This document shows, piece after piece, positions 35,701 to 46,300 of a stretch of 64,000 bases of DNA (its first letter is position 1; each line of letters opens with the position of its first letter). The DNA comes from Perkinsus chesapeaki ATCC PRA-425 (taxonomy: Eukaryota; Protista; Perkinsozoa). Location: contig JAAPAO010000092.1 of the NCBI GenBank assembly GCA_013115145.1, positions 1-64,000 on the forward strand. Direction: 5' to 3'. Under the pieces are notes generated by a model. That model was not told the origin of the DNA and did no database searches. It saw only the letters and a list, made by a program, of their open reading frames with translations. The position numbers and the translations under genes are program-made.

Positions 35701-38137
35701 TCGTTAGTAATGCCATCGAAGGCGTAAGTCGGTTGTCTCGACCCATCGTGGGTTGATGCAATGATGGCAATGTCCCGAACCTGCCAGCTTAATGCTAACA
35801 CGCCCCAAACGGCTCATGCTCCCCAGGAAATGAAAATGATGTTAGAAGGGTCTTCTTCCCCTCGATTGCTTTAGCGAGTATGCAATTGTACCGGCAATTG
35901 CACAAATGCCGCGTACTGTGTGTCCGAGTTGTCCAAGCTATCTCTAGCCTTACGACAGTTTGGGACACCCAAATGGAATGGTATACGTGTTTAACAATGG
36001 GAACTGGACGAGATATCGATCAACCGTTTCATTGCTGTATTCGGTTCGGCGCGCGCCCAGTGTGTTTTTTTTCGCATTGCAATACACAGCAATAGCAGTA
36101 GCATAGTTACTATAATGTGCTATTAGGAATAGTAATCTACCGTACATAACAACTAAAATGCCGCAGTTGACCCTCGAGGAGGAGGAAGAGGGGCGCATCT
36201 TCATGGATGAGTAACCCGCGATTCTACCAACCACCACCCGCGATTGTATAAAAATCGCCGCTGTACCGTCGGACCGCAGAAAGCACGAATTCCAATTTGG
36301 ATTGCTAGATTGCGCACTTGCTGGATTCTGGTGGTCCCGATGCCCGAGCCTCTTACCAGCCCCTGATCTATCCGTGTTGTCAAACTATACCCTCCCTCTC
36401 GGAGCAGTGGATGGAGTGCTTGTGTACATTGTGGATCACCGTAAAGCTCCAACTCTCTGACGTCCCATTGCCGAGATATCGTCTGTAACATTGTTACTCT
36501 ATAACACCACAGGTCACTCTCAGCAGCTACCTGAACTGCAGCCACCCTCCAGGAGCTCTGTGGAAGCATAGGTGACAGGACAAGACGAGTACCACCAAAG
36601 AGACCATCGTATCTAAGCTCGAAGCGTGCAGTCGACACAATATCAGCATTTAGCGCGCATCATCATGCATGATTCCCCGATTTACACGCCTCACGACTGG
36701 CTCCATGAAAGTGAAAATTATCGATTTAATCCTTTCTGTCGGTTTGAAAGGTTGCCAACTTCCTTGTACTTCCGTAATGGCCGTTCTTAACGCTTCCGAA
36801 CATTATCAAGTAATTGAAGCCCTACCAGAGCCTTGCGATTTGTAATTCTTGAATATAGTTGGTGATGAATGATATTACCACCAGTGAGATATCGACTGTC
36901 GCCCCGCGTTTACCACTGACTGTTACCTTGCCATAGTCGACCATTCCGTCTCACCAGAGGAGTACTGCAATACCACAGATGAGGTGTAAGTGTCATCACC
37001 AGCCTGTTGTTGCATCTTTACACATTCTATCAAAGCTGCGAAGAGTCATCATCTCCAAAAACTGTCAACCAAGATTCACCCACGAATTTCAGCATCAAAA
37101 TGAAGTCCAATCCAAGCGTCGCCTCGCCCGCACTCAGCCGTCACACACTCCGCAGTCCACTCGGTCGCTGGATTCCTGCGCGCCACAAAATTATCCAAGA
37201 GCCATCGCCGAGACTACCAATCAAAGGCTCGTGCGGGGCCATTGACAGCTTTGAAGGGGCTCGACAATGGTGTGCCGTTGACAGATAAAGTGGCTTCGAG
37301 CTCACATGAGGAGTCGAGATAAAATGCCTAATAGAGCGCGCAGTAGCTCGGTAGCTGTGGGCACATCGCACCATATCGATGATGGTCCATGGGCCCTTTA
37401 CGGCGTCAACATTGGCAATCCTCCACCTTCGGCGATTTGGTGGAAAGACCCAAACCTCATTCAGTTTCAACCACACATCACCTGCCAACTCGAATTCAGT
37501 TAAGTTTCACAAGGATACCAAAGAGGTGACGAAACAGCTTACCAGTGAGAAAGTCAAAGTCCAAGACTCTCGAATACGACGTCTCGCCTTCAGGCAAGCG
37601 CTCCAGTCGCGCCTGATAGGCCGCCTCCGAAGTGTCACCGGCTTGAAGCAGCCTTATACACCTCACAATCGATGTTGGAGGAAACCTGAGTGCTGAAACC
37701 TTCACCGATCGGCAAAGTCATTCCTACCGGTATCCTATGTAGCAACTGACCATACAGGTGCTCGCTCGCCAACCTGTCGAGACGTCTCCGTCACTCGCCA
37801 ACGGGGCATCGTCAAGGTTGTGAGATACCACAACATTGGAACCGGTAGAGGTCTCGTTCGGCAAGAGTGGCACCTAACAATGTGGAGTCGGTCGACCTGG
37901 AAGAACTCTTACCAGTTCCTCTCCCGAGCAATCACTATCTCCATACCAACGAAGCTCCTAATAGTGGATTCTATTCAAGACATGACCAACTGGCCAACTT
38001 ACTCTAACAAACCACTGCAGTTGGGTATCATCTGTTTTCCTAAGACGCCATGCGACCTCTGTTGGTGTGTCTGATCCATCTTGTCCAATACAAGAGGTTA
38101 TTAATAAATATAAAGTAATTCCGTGATTGAAAGGCAT
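26731..38137 (-). CDS. Giant signal-peptide protein with about 6-7 F5/8 type C (discoidin)-like repeats, a Cys-containing linker, a multi-pass TM region and a cytoplasmic tail (one gene, or two split near 33.5-33.9 kb)
   Basis: Start MPFNHGITLYLLITSCIGQ. Recurring module motifs: WFVRELRWYGDSDC, WTIIDMAFYLDSSC..RAFDWNPATEWTAECVTAEC..DAWIGLHF, WDVRELELYGDPQC..YAFDGITNDPSKSWRSRCSEC, WQVNEISFYRDSKC, RAFDMNTETYWQPDGDDHSPWIGILF, WKVYDIRLYSSEEC..NAFDADSTGTAWWAPCDYC..EAWIGVQF..VQCVTI. Hydrophobic exons lie at 27.2-29.7 kb; inferred end ...KKSASWL*. Confidence 0.6.
27140..27183 (-). other. 44-nt intron containing an antisense tRNA 3'-end fragment
   Basis: GTAGAA...TATCAG intron joins ...EAILQG|MHLVIYSYEL in frame. 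The plus strand reads GTGGG-TTCAAAT-CCCAG-CGGCGGC-A (27152-27176). Confidence 0.75.
32766..32830. repeat. Perfect 32-bp inverted repeat with a 1-nt spacer, across an intron/exon junction
   Basis: ACACTCATTAGTTTGCATTGCAATTCTCCTAT-T-ATAGGAGAATTGCAATGCAAACTAATGAGTGT. Confidence 0.95.
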
Positions 38138-38524
38138 ACCTTCATTATACCAATCACTCAGTCAACAAAGAACAAATTGACAAATCGCTACTAACTCAAC
38201 CACCATTAATGACAAGGTGTTATATATAAGAGCTCCGGTGTGTGGCCGCAATTACCATAAAAGAGGGGACAGACACTGGGTCCGAAGCAGTCTGGACGAC
38301 TGAGAGAATGGACAACAAACAAGTCTCCTATGATGGGAAATAAAACTCTTTACCCCAAAAACTACAGGATATTTCTTACTGAATAGCTCAGAAGATGTTT
38401 TAGACTCTTTTTTAATGACAGCCAGAGCGGTCCAAGGAGGTTCCAAACCATTAGCAAAATTATTGATATTCCAGCCGCTGATGGGAACAGCGCGAAAGGT
38501 CGTAAAACTATATGATCCGACACC

Positions 38525-38987
38525 TCAGAGCTGACATTGCTTAGAGAGTGCCATGGGGTTTTTTTTAGAAAAAAGAACAACTCTCATTTTGAGCTTCACC
38601 ACATCCTCGGACGCATCATACTCCATTTTACGTAAGTCCGCAGCCTTAACGACGTCATATAACCCAGTCAGACTGAAACTCTTGCCATGGTAGTTGGTCC
38701 CAATGATACCCGTACCGTTATCATAAGCATAAGGAATGATGGGAGTAGCAAACGTTGGCAGTTCTCTAACCTTTTTAGGGAGTTGTAGCTTTTTAGTGAC
38801 TTTAAATGTTAAGTGCGTAGAGTTCAGAAAGAGCAGCTCGTGGTGAACTAGTACTTTCACATTCGACCAAAGGTCAGTATTTGACCAATAGTAAGTCTTA
38901 CAGTAAGCACCTTGAGGGTAGCTGACAGTCAAGTTATCCGAGATAGCAGCTGACAGTAACAACGGAAGTTTCCAGAGGCGGGACATA
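38525..38987 (-). CDS. Small secreted protein, tandem family member 1
   Basis: MSRLWKLPLLLSAAIS signal; YPQGAYC...VKAADLRKMEYDA...KQC; intronless. Confidence 0.8.
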
Positions 38988-39179
38988 ATACGGGCCAAAC
39001 TGTGGGTGAGTCGTTGTGCGACGCAACTTGCAATGGCGCGTCGCACCGCGCCCGCGGTACGAGCCGTTTGCTTATGAAAAGACAAGATAGTTCAATTCTG
39101 ATTGCAAGGAGATGAAGAGGCAATGGTGAGAGTCACCGCCTATCTTTCAGATAATATCGAGCCCTCCTGAGCCGGCTTG

Positions 39180-39526
39180 GAGCTCTCGACGTCTTCAATG
39201 AACGAGTGGGAGCCACGGAGACAGCAGGTGACGCTGGTTACAACATGGCTCCATATAACGAGTCCATTATGCGCGTCATCGAACATCTTTCCGCTAAAGT
39301 GGTAAATACTGATGACTCATACACAGACCTACTATCCCGACCAATGGTCGGCGACCAAAATCTTTTTAGTTCTAACGCTTCATGGGTCACCTTGAATGCT
39401 CACTTGCGGTTCCTGGATACTCTCCAAGGCAAAGTCTTTGCCTCGAAAGCAAACTCTTCTGAAACATTCTGGACTACAACCCCAACCCCCCTCAAAGTAT
39501 ACCCAAATGTAATACGAATACCATAA
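39180..39526 (+). pseudogene. Protein-like 3' fragment of an unknown gene
   Basis: Open frame YRALLSRLGALDVFNERVGATETAG...VYPNVIRIP*, with no valid start or in-frame upstream exon found. Confidence 0.25.
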
Positions 39527-39839
39527 AATGAAATAATATAACAAGTTGTTATAGTTGTTATACAAATGTGCCCTTTTCGTAGTTGCACATTCACAAGAAG
39601 TAACTTACTCAACAAGCTGCACTAACAAGAAATCCTATATACCAAACAGTCGCCTACGATAAGTAGGATCAGGGAGAGTCTGGTAGCAGGTTTAACCTAC
39701 CTGCTACGGGGTACGTTAGAGTGTGCTCGGGGAACGGACATTCTAAAAACAAGGCCCGTGGTTTTTACGTACCCCTTCAAGGGCTCCCCTTGCTGATAGA
39801 TTGAACTCACCATTTACATGGTAAAAGTATGTTGGAAGT

Positions 39840-40313
39840 TCAGACATAACATTGTTTGAAGAATGTCGTTGGGGTCCTTCTTGAAAAAATATACGTTTTA
39901 ACTCTCAGCTTTATCTCATCCTCGACCGCATCATATTCCATTTTGCGCAAATCCGCAGCCTTAACGGTATCGAAAACCCTCGTATGCTTGATATTGTTGC
40001 CAAAGTAGTAAGTCTCGATAATACCCGTATCATTATGATAGGTATATTCAACGTTCGATGTAGAAAATACCATCGGGGCATGCTTTTTCTTACCGCTGAT
40101 TTCCACCCATTTGGTGATGTTGAAATGGAAGCGCAAGGAGTCCAAGAAAAATAGCTCATAATGTATAATCTCGCGGGCAACCTTCGAAAAGACGTAATTT
40201 GACCAAATGTAAGTTTTGCAATAAGCGCCTTGAGGGTGCTTGGCTAGGCTACTAGACCTAGCATCCATGAGTAGGTATAACAATATCCAGGGCCGATATA
40301 TTGTGATGAGCAT
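39840..40313 (-). CDS. Small secreted protein, tandem family member 2
   Basis: Hydrophobic N-terminus; HPQGAYC...HYELFFLDS..F.FNIT...VKAADLRKMEYDA...KQC. Confidence 0.8.
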   Translation of the reverse strand: MLITIYRPWILLYLLMDARSSSLAKHPQGAYCKTYIWSNYVFSKVAREIIHYELFFLDSLRFHFNITKWVEISGKKKHAPMVFSTSNVEYTYHNDTGIIETYYFGNNIKHTRVFDTVKAADLRKMEYDAVEDEIKLRVKTYIFSRRTPTTFFKQCYV

Positions 40314-41360
40314 GATGACGTCAACGATTCTTCAAATGATGAATGAGAATAGCTCAGGGCTCTGCTGCGCGTACCATGGCGCGTCGCAGCGCGCCTGCGG
40401 AATGAATCCTTTGCTCCGGAAAAGATACAGTTACGCGGGAGCGTTGCCGTGAAGGACGAACTACAGCAATAGGAAGCTCCCGATTGCTCTCTCGGACACG
40501 CGGAACTTGCCTGGAGCGACCCGACAGTTTCGTGGTCTTTGACAATAAGGTGGAATAGAGGGAGACAACAAGGCTTGGGGAGCCAACGGCGACTGGTGAC
40601 AATCTGGAGCCAATATAATGCAGGTCGATTAGGGAAAGTGGGCTTGATGACTGTCCACGGTGGAAAGTCCACCAAAGGACAGCATTCGGATAACTAATGG
40701 TCTAGGAAATGGAAGTCTACTTCATTAGGCCCCGTGGCTCGGAAGTCGGAGACGAACCCCGGCGGAGAATACGGCTATAATGGAACTTAACAACAAAGAA
40801 AAAATGTAACCGATTTCTTCTGACCAAACTCTCGAGGCTCTTCCTTGAACTCACATTGAATGTGACCCACAATCACCAACCATACGATCCACTAAAATAC
40901 AAGCCTTGCTTAAAAAGCTATTTTGGAAAGCACTGCTCTCTGGAACACTCCTACGGTCAGAGCCTGGAATGCAGAATACCCACTTCAGGTCCACTGCGAT
41001 ACAACAAACCTTACCAACAAAAAAAACTAATTAAACAGCGAGTTAATAAAGAAGCAAGGAAATTATATTGTTGTTGCTCACTCGGTCTGAACATACACGC
41101 TATAGAATCGTTCATGTTAGAGGCTGCTTCAACATGGCGTTGTAAAGCACAGATTCAATCTGTCAGATTGACAAATAACTATTGAACCAACAAACAGAAG
41201 TAAGAAGAAATCCAATATGTGGTGAGATCTGAAGCCATCACAGTGACAGCTTGTGAGAATAAAAACAATAGAACCATAACCCATTTGAAGAATGAACTGC
41301 AACGCCTTGTCGGAAAAGTGGATATCGTAGAAACGGAATAACGTAGAACTACACACCTTC

Positions 41361-41825
41361 TCACGACCTGAGGCCGCAGTTTTTCACCAATGATTTGCGG
41401 GTTCTTATCAAGGAAAGGGGTGTTTTCATTCTCAGCCTCACCTCATCTTTAACAGCATCATAGTGCATCTTACGCAGATCTTTCGCTTTCACGATGTCAT
41501 ACGTCCCACCGATTCTCCTGAGACTTTTGCCGTCATAGCCGCTCAGTATGATATTCTTCTTGCTATCAAACGTATATGGAATACCCTCCTCGAAGAGCAT
41601 CGGCGTTACTATGCTATCTGTTCTTCTGCGCGTCTTCAATATGCTAGTGACGTTAAAAGTGAAGTGTGATGAGTTCACGAAGGACATCTCGTAAAGTACT
41701 GTGCTATGGAAACGCCCGCCCAGGCAATAACCGTCCATCATACAATAACGACCTTTAGGGTAGTTGGTCAGGCTACCATCAATAGCCCCCAATGACAAGA
41801 ATAGGAATATCCAGCGACGAAGCAT
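41361..41825 (-). CDS. Small secreted protein, tandem family member 3
   Basis: MLRRWIFLFLSLGAIDG signal; YPKGRYC...YEMSFVNSSHFTFNVT...VKAKDLRKMHYDA...KNC. Confidence 0.8.
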   Translation of the reverse strand: MLRRWIFLFLSLGAIDGSLTNYPKGRYCMMDGYCLGGRFHSTVLYEMSFVNSSHFTFNVTSILKTRRRTDSIVTPMLFEEGIPYTFDSKKNIILSGYDGKSLRRIGGTYDIVKAKDLRKMHYDAVKDEVRLRMKTPLSLIRTRKSLVKNCGLRS

Positions 41826-42062
41826 AATGCCAAGTGAAGTGTGGAAAGTCGCCGAACAGTGATGGCAAGAACAAAGGGCTCTCCCGTACGCATGCACAGA
41901 AACCATGGGGCTTCACGGCGAGGCTGTCACGCCGTGGCGGTCACAATGGTGCTGTCGCACGGCCTGTTCGGTTTCGAAGAAATATCATGTTAAGATGCGA
42001 GTCCGCATCTCCACTGTAGTCGAGAAATCCATTCAAAGAAACTCTCACGGTAGCGCTTTGTA

Positions 42063-42368
42063 TTACTCATGTTTATATTGACATCGATTGACGAAACAAC
42101 AATTCACTGAAGAGGGGATGCTCGGTACCGACAACGATTTCAAGATCACCATTTTCTTACCGTGTTCTGTCGAGTGAATGATATTGAAAGTGAAGTGCGT
42201 AGAGTTTAAAAAAGAGATCTCATAATGCACTATATTACGGCAGTACGCAAGATCCGCATACTCGACCCAGTATGTGTCAACCCTGCAATATGATCCATGA
42301 GGATATTCGCTCAGGGTGCCAGCGGTAGCATCCAACATCGCCAATATGCATAACCAGGGAAGATGCAT
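42063..42368 (-). pseudogene. Small secreted protein, tandem family member 4, 3'-truncated
   Basis: YPHGSYC...HYEISFLNSTHFTFNII; homology stops after SVPSIP and the DLRKM.YDA half is missing. Confidence 0.7.
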
Positions 42369-42426
42369 TACGTGAAGCATTGCCAGAAATACCGCACCGG
42401 TGGACGAGCGATTGTAGACGGCTAGT

Positions 42427-42523
42427 CCGTACGCAAGCACAAGTCCAAGTAGCCGTACGCATGCGCAAGTCCAAGTAGCCGCACGCATACACAGTGCTTG
42501 GGGGTCTCAAGAGACCCCCAAGC
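42427..42523 (+). repeat. 26-bp tandem repeat (about 2.5 copies) followed by a perfect 13-bp hairpin
   Basis: CCGTACGCA(A/T)GC(A/G)CAAGTCCAAGTAG at 42427 and 42453, partial at 42479; GCTTGGGGGTCTC-AA-GAGACCCCCAAGC at 42496-42523. Confidence 0.85.
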
Positions 42524-43325
42524 CCGAATTGAACCCGGACAACGTCTATCACTTGCCTAGAGTCCATCATACGCAGCACAATGGGCGAACGGGGAGTAGA
42601 CGAGAAAAGTGGCAGCGAAAGTAATAAAGCGGAGAAAAAAGTGGCGCGGCGAGAAGAAAAGTGGCGGGAGAAAAGTAGAAGGGGAGAAATCCCCCAAGTT
42701 CTCTATCCGCAGAGCTCACCGTTCTAGCACGTGTAAAATCGTCAAAACTCTGGAGTACTTCACACAGCTCATAATCGTCAACATGTGTTACGATGATGTA
42801 AAGAGCACCCTTTCCTCCGTCTATGGGAGTATATTGGTCGTTATTGCGGACCATTTCAATTGATAACCCTTTATGACCATTGTCTTACTATGACGAACTA
42901 CTCTCATTCGAGCCATTCAGTTAACTGACCATCAATCAGTCCCCATAATTAACACGTTTTTGAGTTATATAATAAATCTATTGAATCTATGAATTGTCGC
43001 TTATTTCTCTTGAAGGAGAATCACACTTCTGCGAAGGGGAAGGAATCTCTTGTTTCCCTTATCACTTCTAACTATCCAAATTCATCATACGTCCGTCTGT
43101 GAATCAGTTTGCTGTGTGATTGAATTACCATTTTTCTATCAGTTTCTCCCATAGATATCTAGGTTAAGCTCTTCGATGCACTGTTCTCCATCGAGCTACC
43201 GCAATTGTGCATTTGTGTTCAAGACGAACTGCTTCATGATACAATTGCCTTCAGATGTTCCCAATTTTATCCTACTGTACAAAAGTCACTAAAATGGCCT
43301 TTGTATTCATAGTTATTTTTCTAAT

Positions 43326-46300
43326 ATGTCATCTCATCGTTTAATCTCCTCGATAGCAGGTCGCCGAGCATTCGCCTCAGCTACCAGGGAAGAGCTTCCT
43401 CGCGGAGTTTTCCGTTCGTTCGAGAGGAACTCCTCACCACCAGATGGAGGAGCCTCGTCCGCACAAGATGGTCAGTTGCCAGCGGGGATAACGAGGGTGA
43501 CAGGACGCGGTACGGGAGCAGGCCAGCTGTGGCCGGGAGAGGGGAACAGATCGAACGTTAGAGAAGATATAGGCGATGTGCCGAAGGAGCTTCCGAAGGG
43601 AATGGCCAGAGTTGGTAGGGATACTCCAAATGTTAAGCTGCGGCGTCCCCCACCCCCGCCACCTGAAGAGCCGGCAGGGATGAGGCTTCCTAAGGGGCTT
43701 GTAAGGGTTGGTAATGCCGAGAAGAGAGCGGAGAGAGGCCTGCCTAAGGGGGTCACCCCGATTAGCGGAGCAAAAGATGGTATGGAACTCGACGTGGATG
43801 AGGGGGAGCTACCACGTGGGTTGAAGAGAATGACAGACGTGAACGCCGCCCCGGTGAGGAAGGAGAGTTTGGAAAATATTTCAATTGAGAGGCGGAGCGA
43901 AGCTTATAGAGGATCTATGAATCAACAGTCTGATGCTCGGTTGGCAAGTGGTACCATTCCGGTGGTTCAGCGACCGACGATGTACGGCGGTGTTATGATC
44001 ACTCCGGTGGAGACTAGTGAGTTGCATTGATAAGCTTATTTTCGACACTCCTTTGACAGGCGAACCATCACCAGCCAGCTTGCCTGTACCGAAGTCATCT
44101 AGAGAGATTGCAGCTGAAGTGACACCAGCTGCGGTCGACATATTGAGGGCGTATTTGTCAGGGAAAAAAGAGGTAGAATGGGGAATGCAGGATGCCGGGA
44201 TCGAACGGGGGTCATTGCTTTCAGCCTGCTAGAATGGTCCTTGCACTGAGGCAACTAGCTGGCCATCATCAGAATGTTGAGAAGATTGAGGGGCTCGAGA
44301 ATCTTCAGGAGTAAGTTTGCTTTCCGAGCATCTTGTTGTCAGCTTGCGGTAAGGTATCAGCGCTTGCTTGAGGATATGGGTGCATCTTTCGACTTGGCAA
44401 GATTCTCAGGAGCGGAGGTATCTGAGGTTGCGGAGTATTTGCGAGTAAGATACGAAATAGGTCAGATTGTTGCCATGTCGGTTGCAGATACTAGGCGCTC
44501 CGGGTGTTACTGATCCCTCTAAGCAGCTGGCCAAACGACTAAGCGTAATATAATCGCCCGTATCTCCAATCTATCATTCGCTCAATTCTCAGTTTCAAAT
44601 TTGTGAGCGTCTCCATGAGCTCAGCCCAGTTGAGAGGATACGGACCATATATGTCATCACTACAGTAGGATTGGACAGGTCTCTTAAGGCGGGCGCTGGA
44701 ATGATCTTCAATGGGCCATTTAAACGTATTATTCATAACGAAATTGTATAGCAGAAGGTACGAGATGACAGTGGGTATAGTTTAGCAATTTTCCAATGTA
44801 CCCAATACTAGTAGTTGCAAGCTGTTAGTAGATCAAGCCAGTATAATGCAGCAGCCTATCCGGCTACGGGGTGGCCCAGGAAATGTGTTTTTTGATCAAG
44901 TATAAATTATACCACCAAAATACCATTTATTAGGGGCTAATAGATTCCTACCATCGCCCTTGCCATCCATTCTCCCTAGCCACCCCTGAACTTGTGAACA
45001 TTGCGAGCTCCGTTTTATAGCAGCATCTTTAGATCTATTTTATGGTTTTTATTACATTTGAGTCATCACAGTTAGTTATTGATGTATTGAATATGCGGGC
45101 GGAGCGAAGCGATTTTTGTTTTTCATTTTTAGTGGTTGGGATTGCGCCTGGATGATTACACTCATTGGGCTCTACAAGAGTCGATTGATGATTGGATTGA
45201 TTCACCAGAGGTCGATGATGCCACAGTGCTGCCGGCATTGTAGGTCGAGAATTGGAGATTTTGTGAATGGGGAAATGTTGGCAGGTATCTCTTGTGCGAA
45301 CCGGGTATGAGAAAGCGAAGCTATAAGGTCTTGGCGAAACCCAAAGTGAGTATCTTAAGTCGAAGCGCGGAAGGTGCGTGGGAGGTTGGATCAGGTCTTT
45401 ACGAGAATGGAGGGAATGGTTAATCGTTTGGAAATTGACCAGTTAGTGGACATGGTGAGGGCCTTAGGGAAGCACCAAGCACAGGTGGGACTTGCGAGAT
45501 TCTGCAAAATGCGCACGGGTTCTTTTTCAGAAGTCTATAGTGGTGAAGGCCCTGGAGCGACTTGAGGCAAATCCCGAGAAGATCTCCGATGGCAGTCTAC
45601 CTTCTTTGGCGCCCTTCTTGCAGTACGAAAGGTCGTGGGTTCGAATCCCAGCGACGGCATTTTTAGGTCGACTGAAGCTGGTAGCCCAGATCTTAGTGGC
45701 GTTGCCGCACATGCGAGAAAGAGGCTTTCTAATATCATTGCGGATGAATCATCAGTACTTTTAGAACTATTTAGAGAATAGTTTGCGCATGCGTGCATAC
45801 CGCTCTTCAGATTAATCGTAACGCAGTGGCGAGTCTAGTGGTTGAGCTTGCCAAAATGCCGTCGATATCGGAAGGGGTTCTCGATGAGGCTGTCGAAGTA
45901 GACTAGAGTCACTGCGCCACGAAATACTCTTTTTAGATGATTCGTCTGTCGGCAAGTCAGCTTGGCGCTGATGTACTTCCTAAGCTGTTGCTGCTCTATA
46001 CCGCTGAGGGGGTGAGAATTTCGTGGCGCGCGGTCGAAGATATCCTGCATATCAGAAACCCTTGCACGAATTAGAAGTTGCTGTGATGGGTTGCCTTCGA
46101 GAGATCCAGCCGAAGGGCATCGCCAAGCTCTGCTTGGCCGCGGCTGCTGGAGGCCGTAAGATGTCTGCTTTCCGCTCTGTGAATAGCTATCCGTTTTAGT
46201 TCGAGAGAAGGAGGCTATGGTGGCCCTTTATGGCGAATGCTTAGACCGTGCTAGAAGATTTGATCCTGAAGAGTAAGGTTGTGGGTTCGATCCCTGGTCG

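Noticed and set aside
42526-42590. Minus-strand CCGGGTTCAATTCGGG as a possible tRNA or SINE head
   Set aside because: T-stem does not pair and no A-box or cloverleaf is evident.
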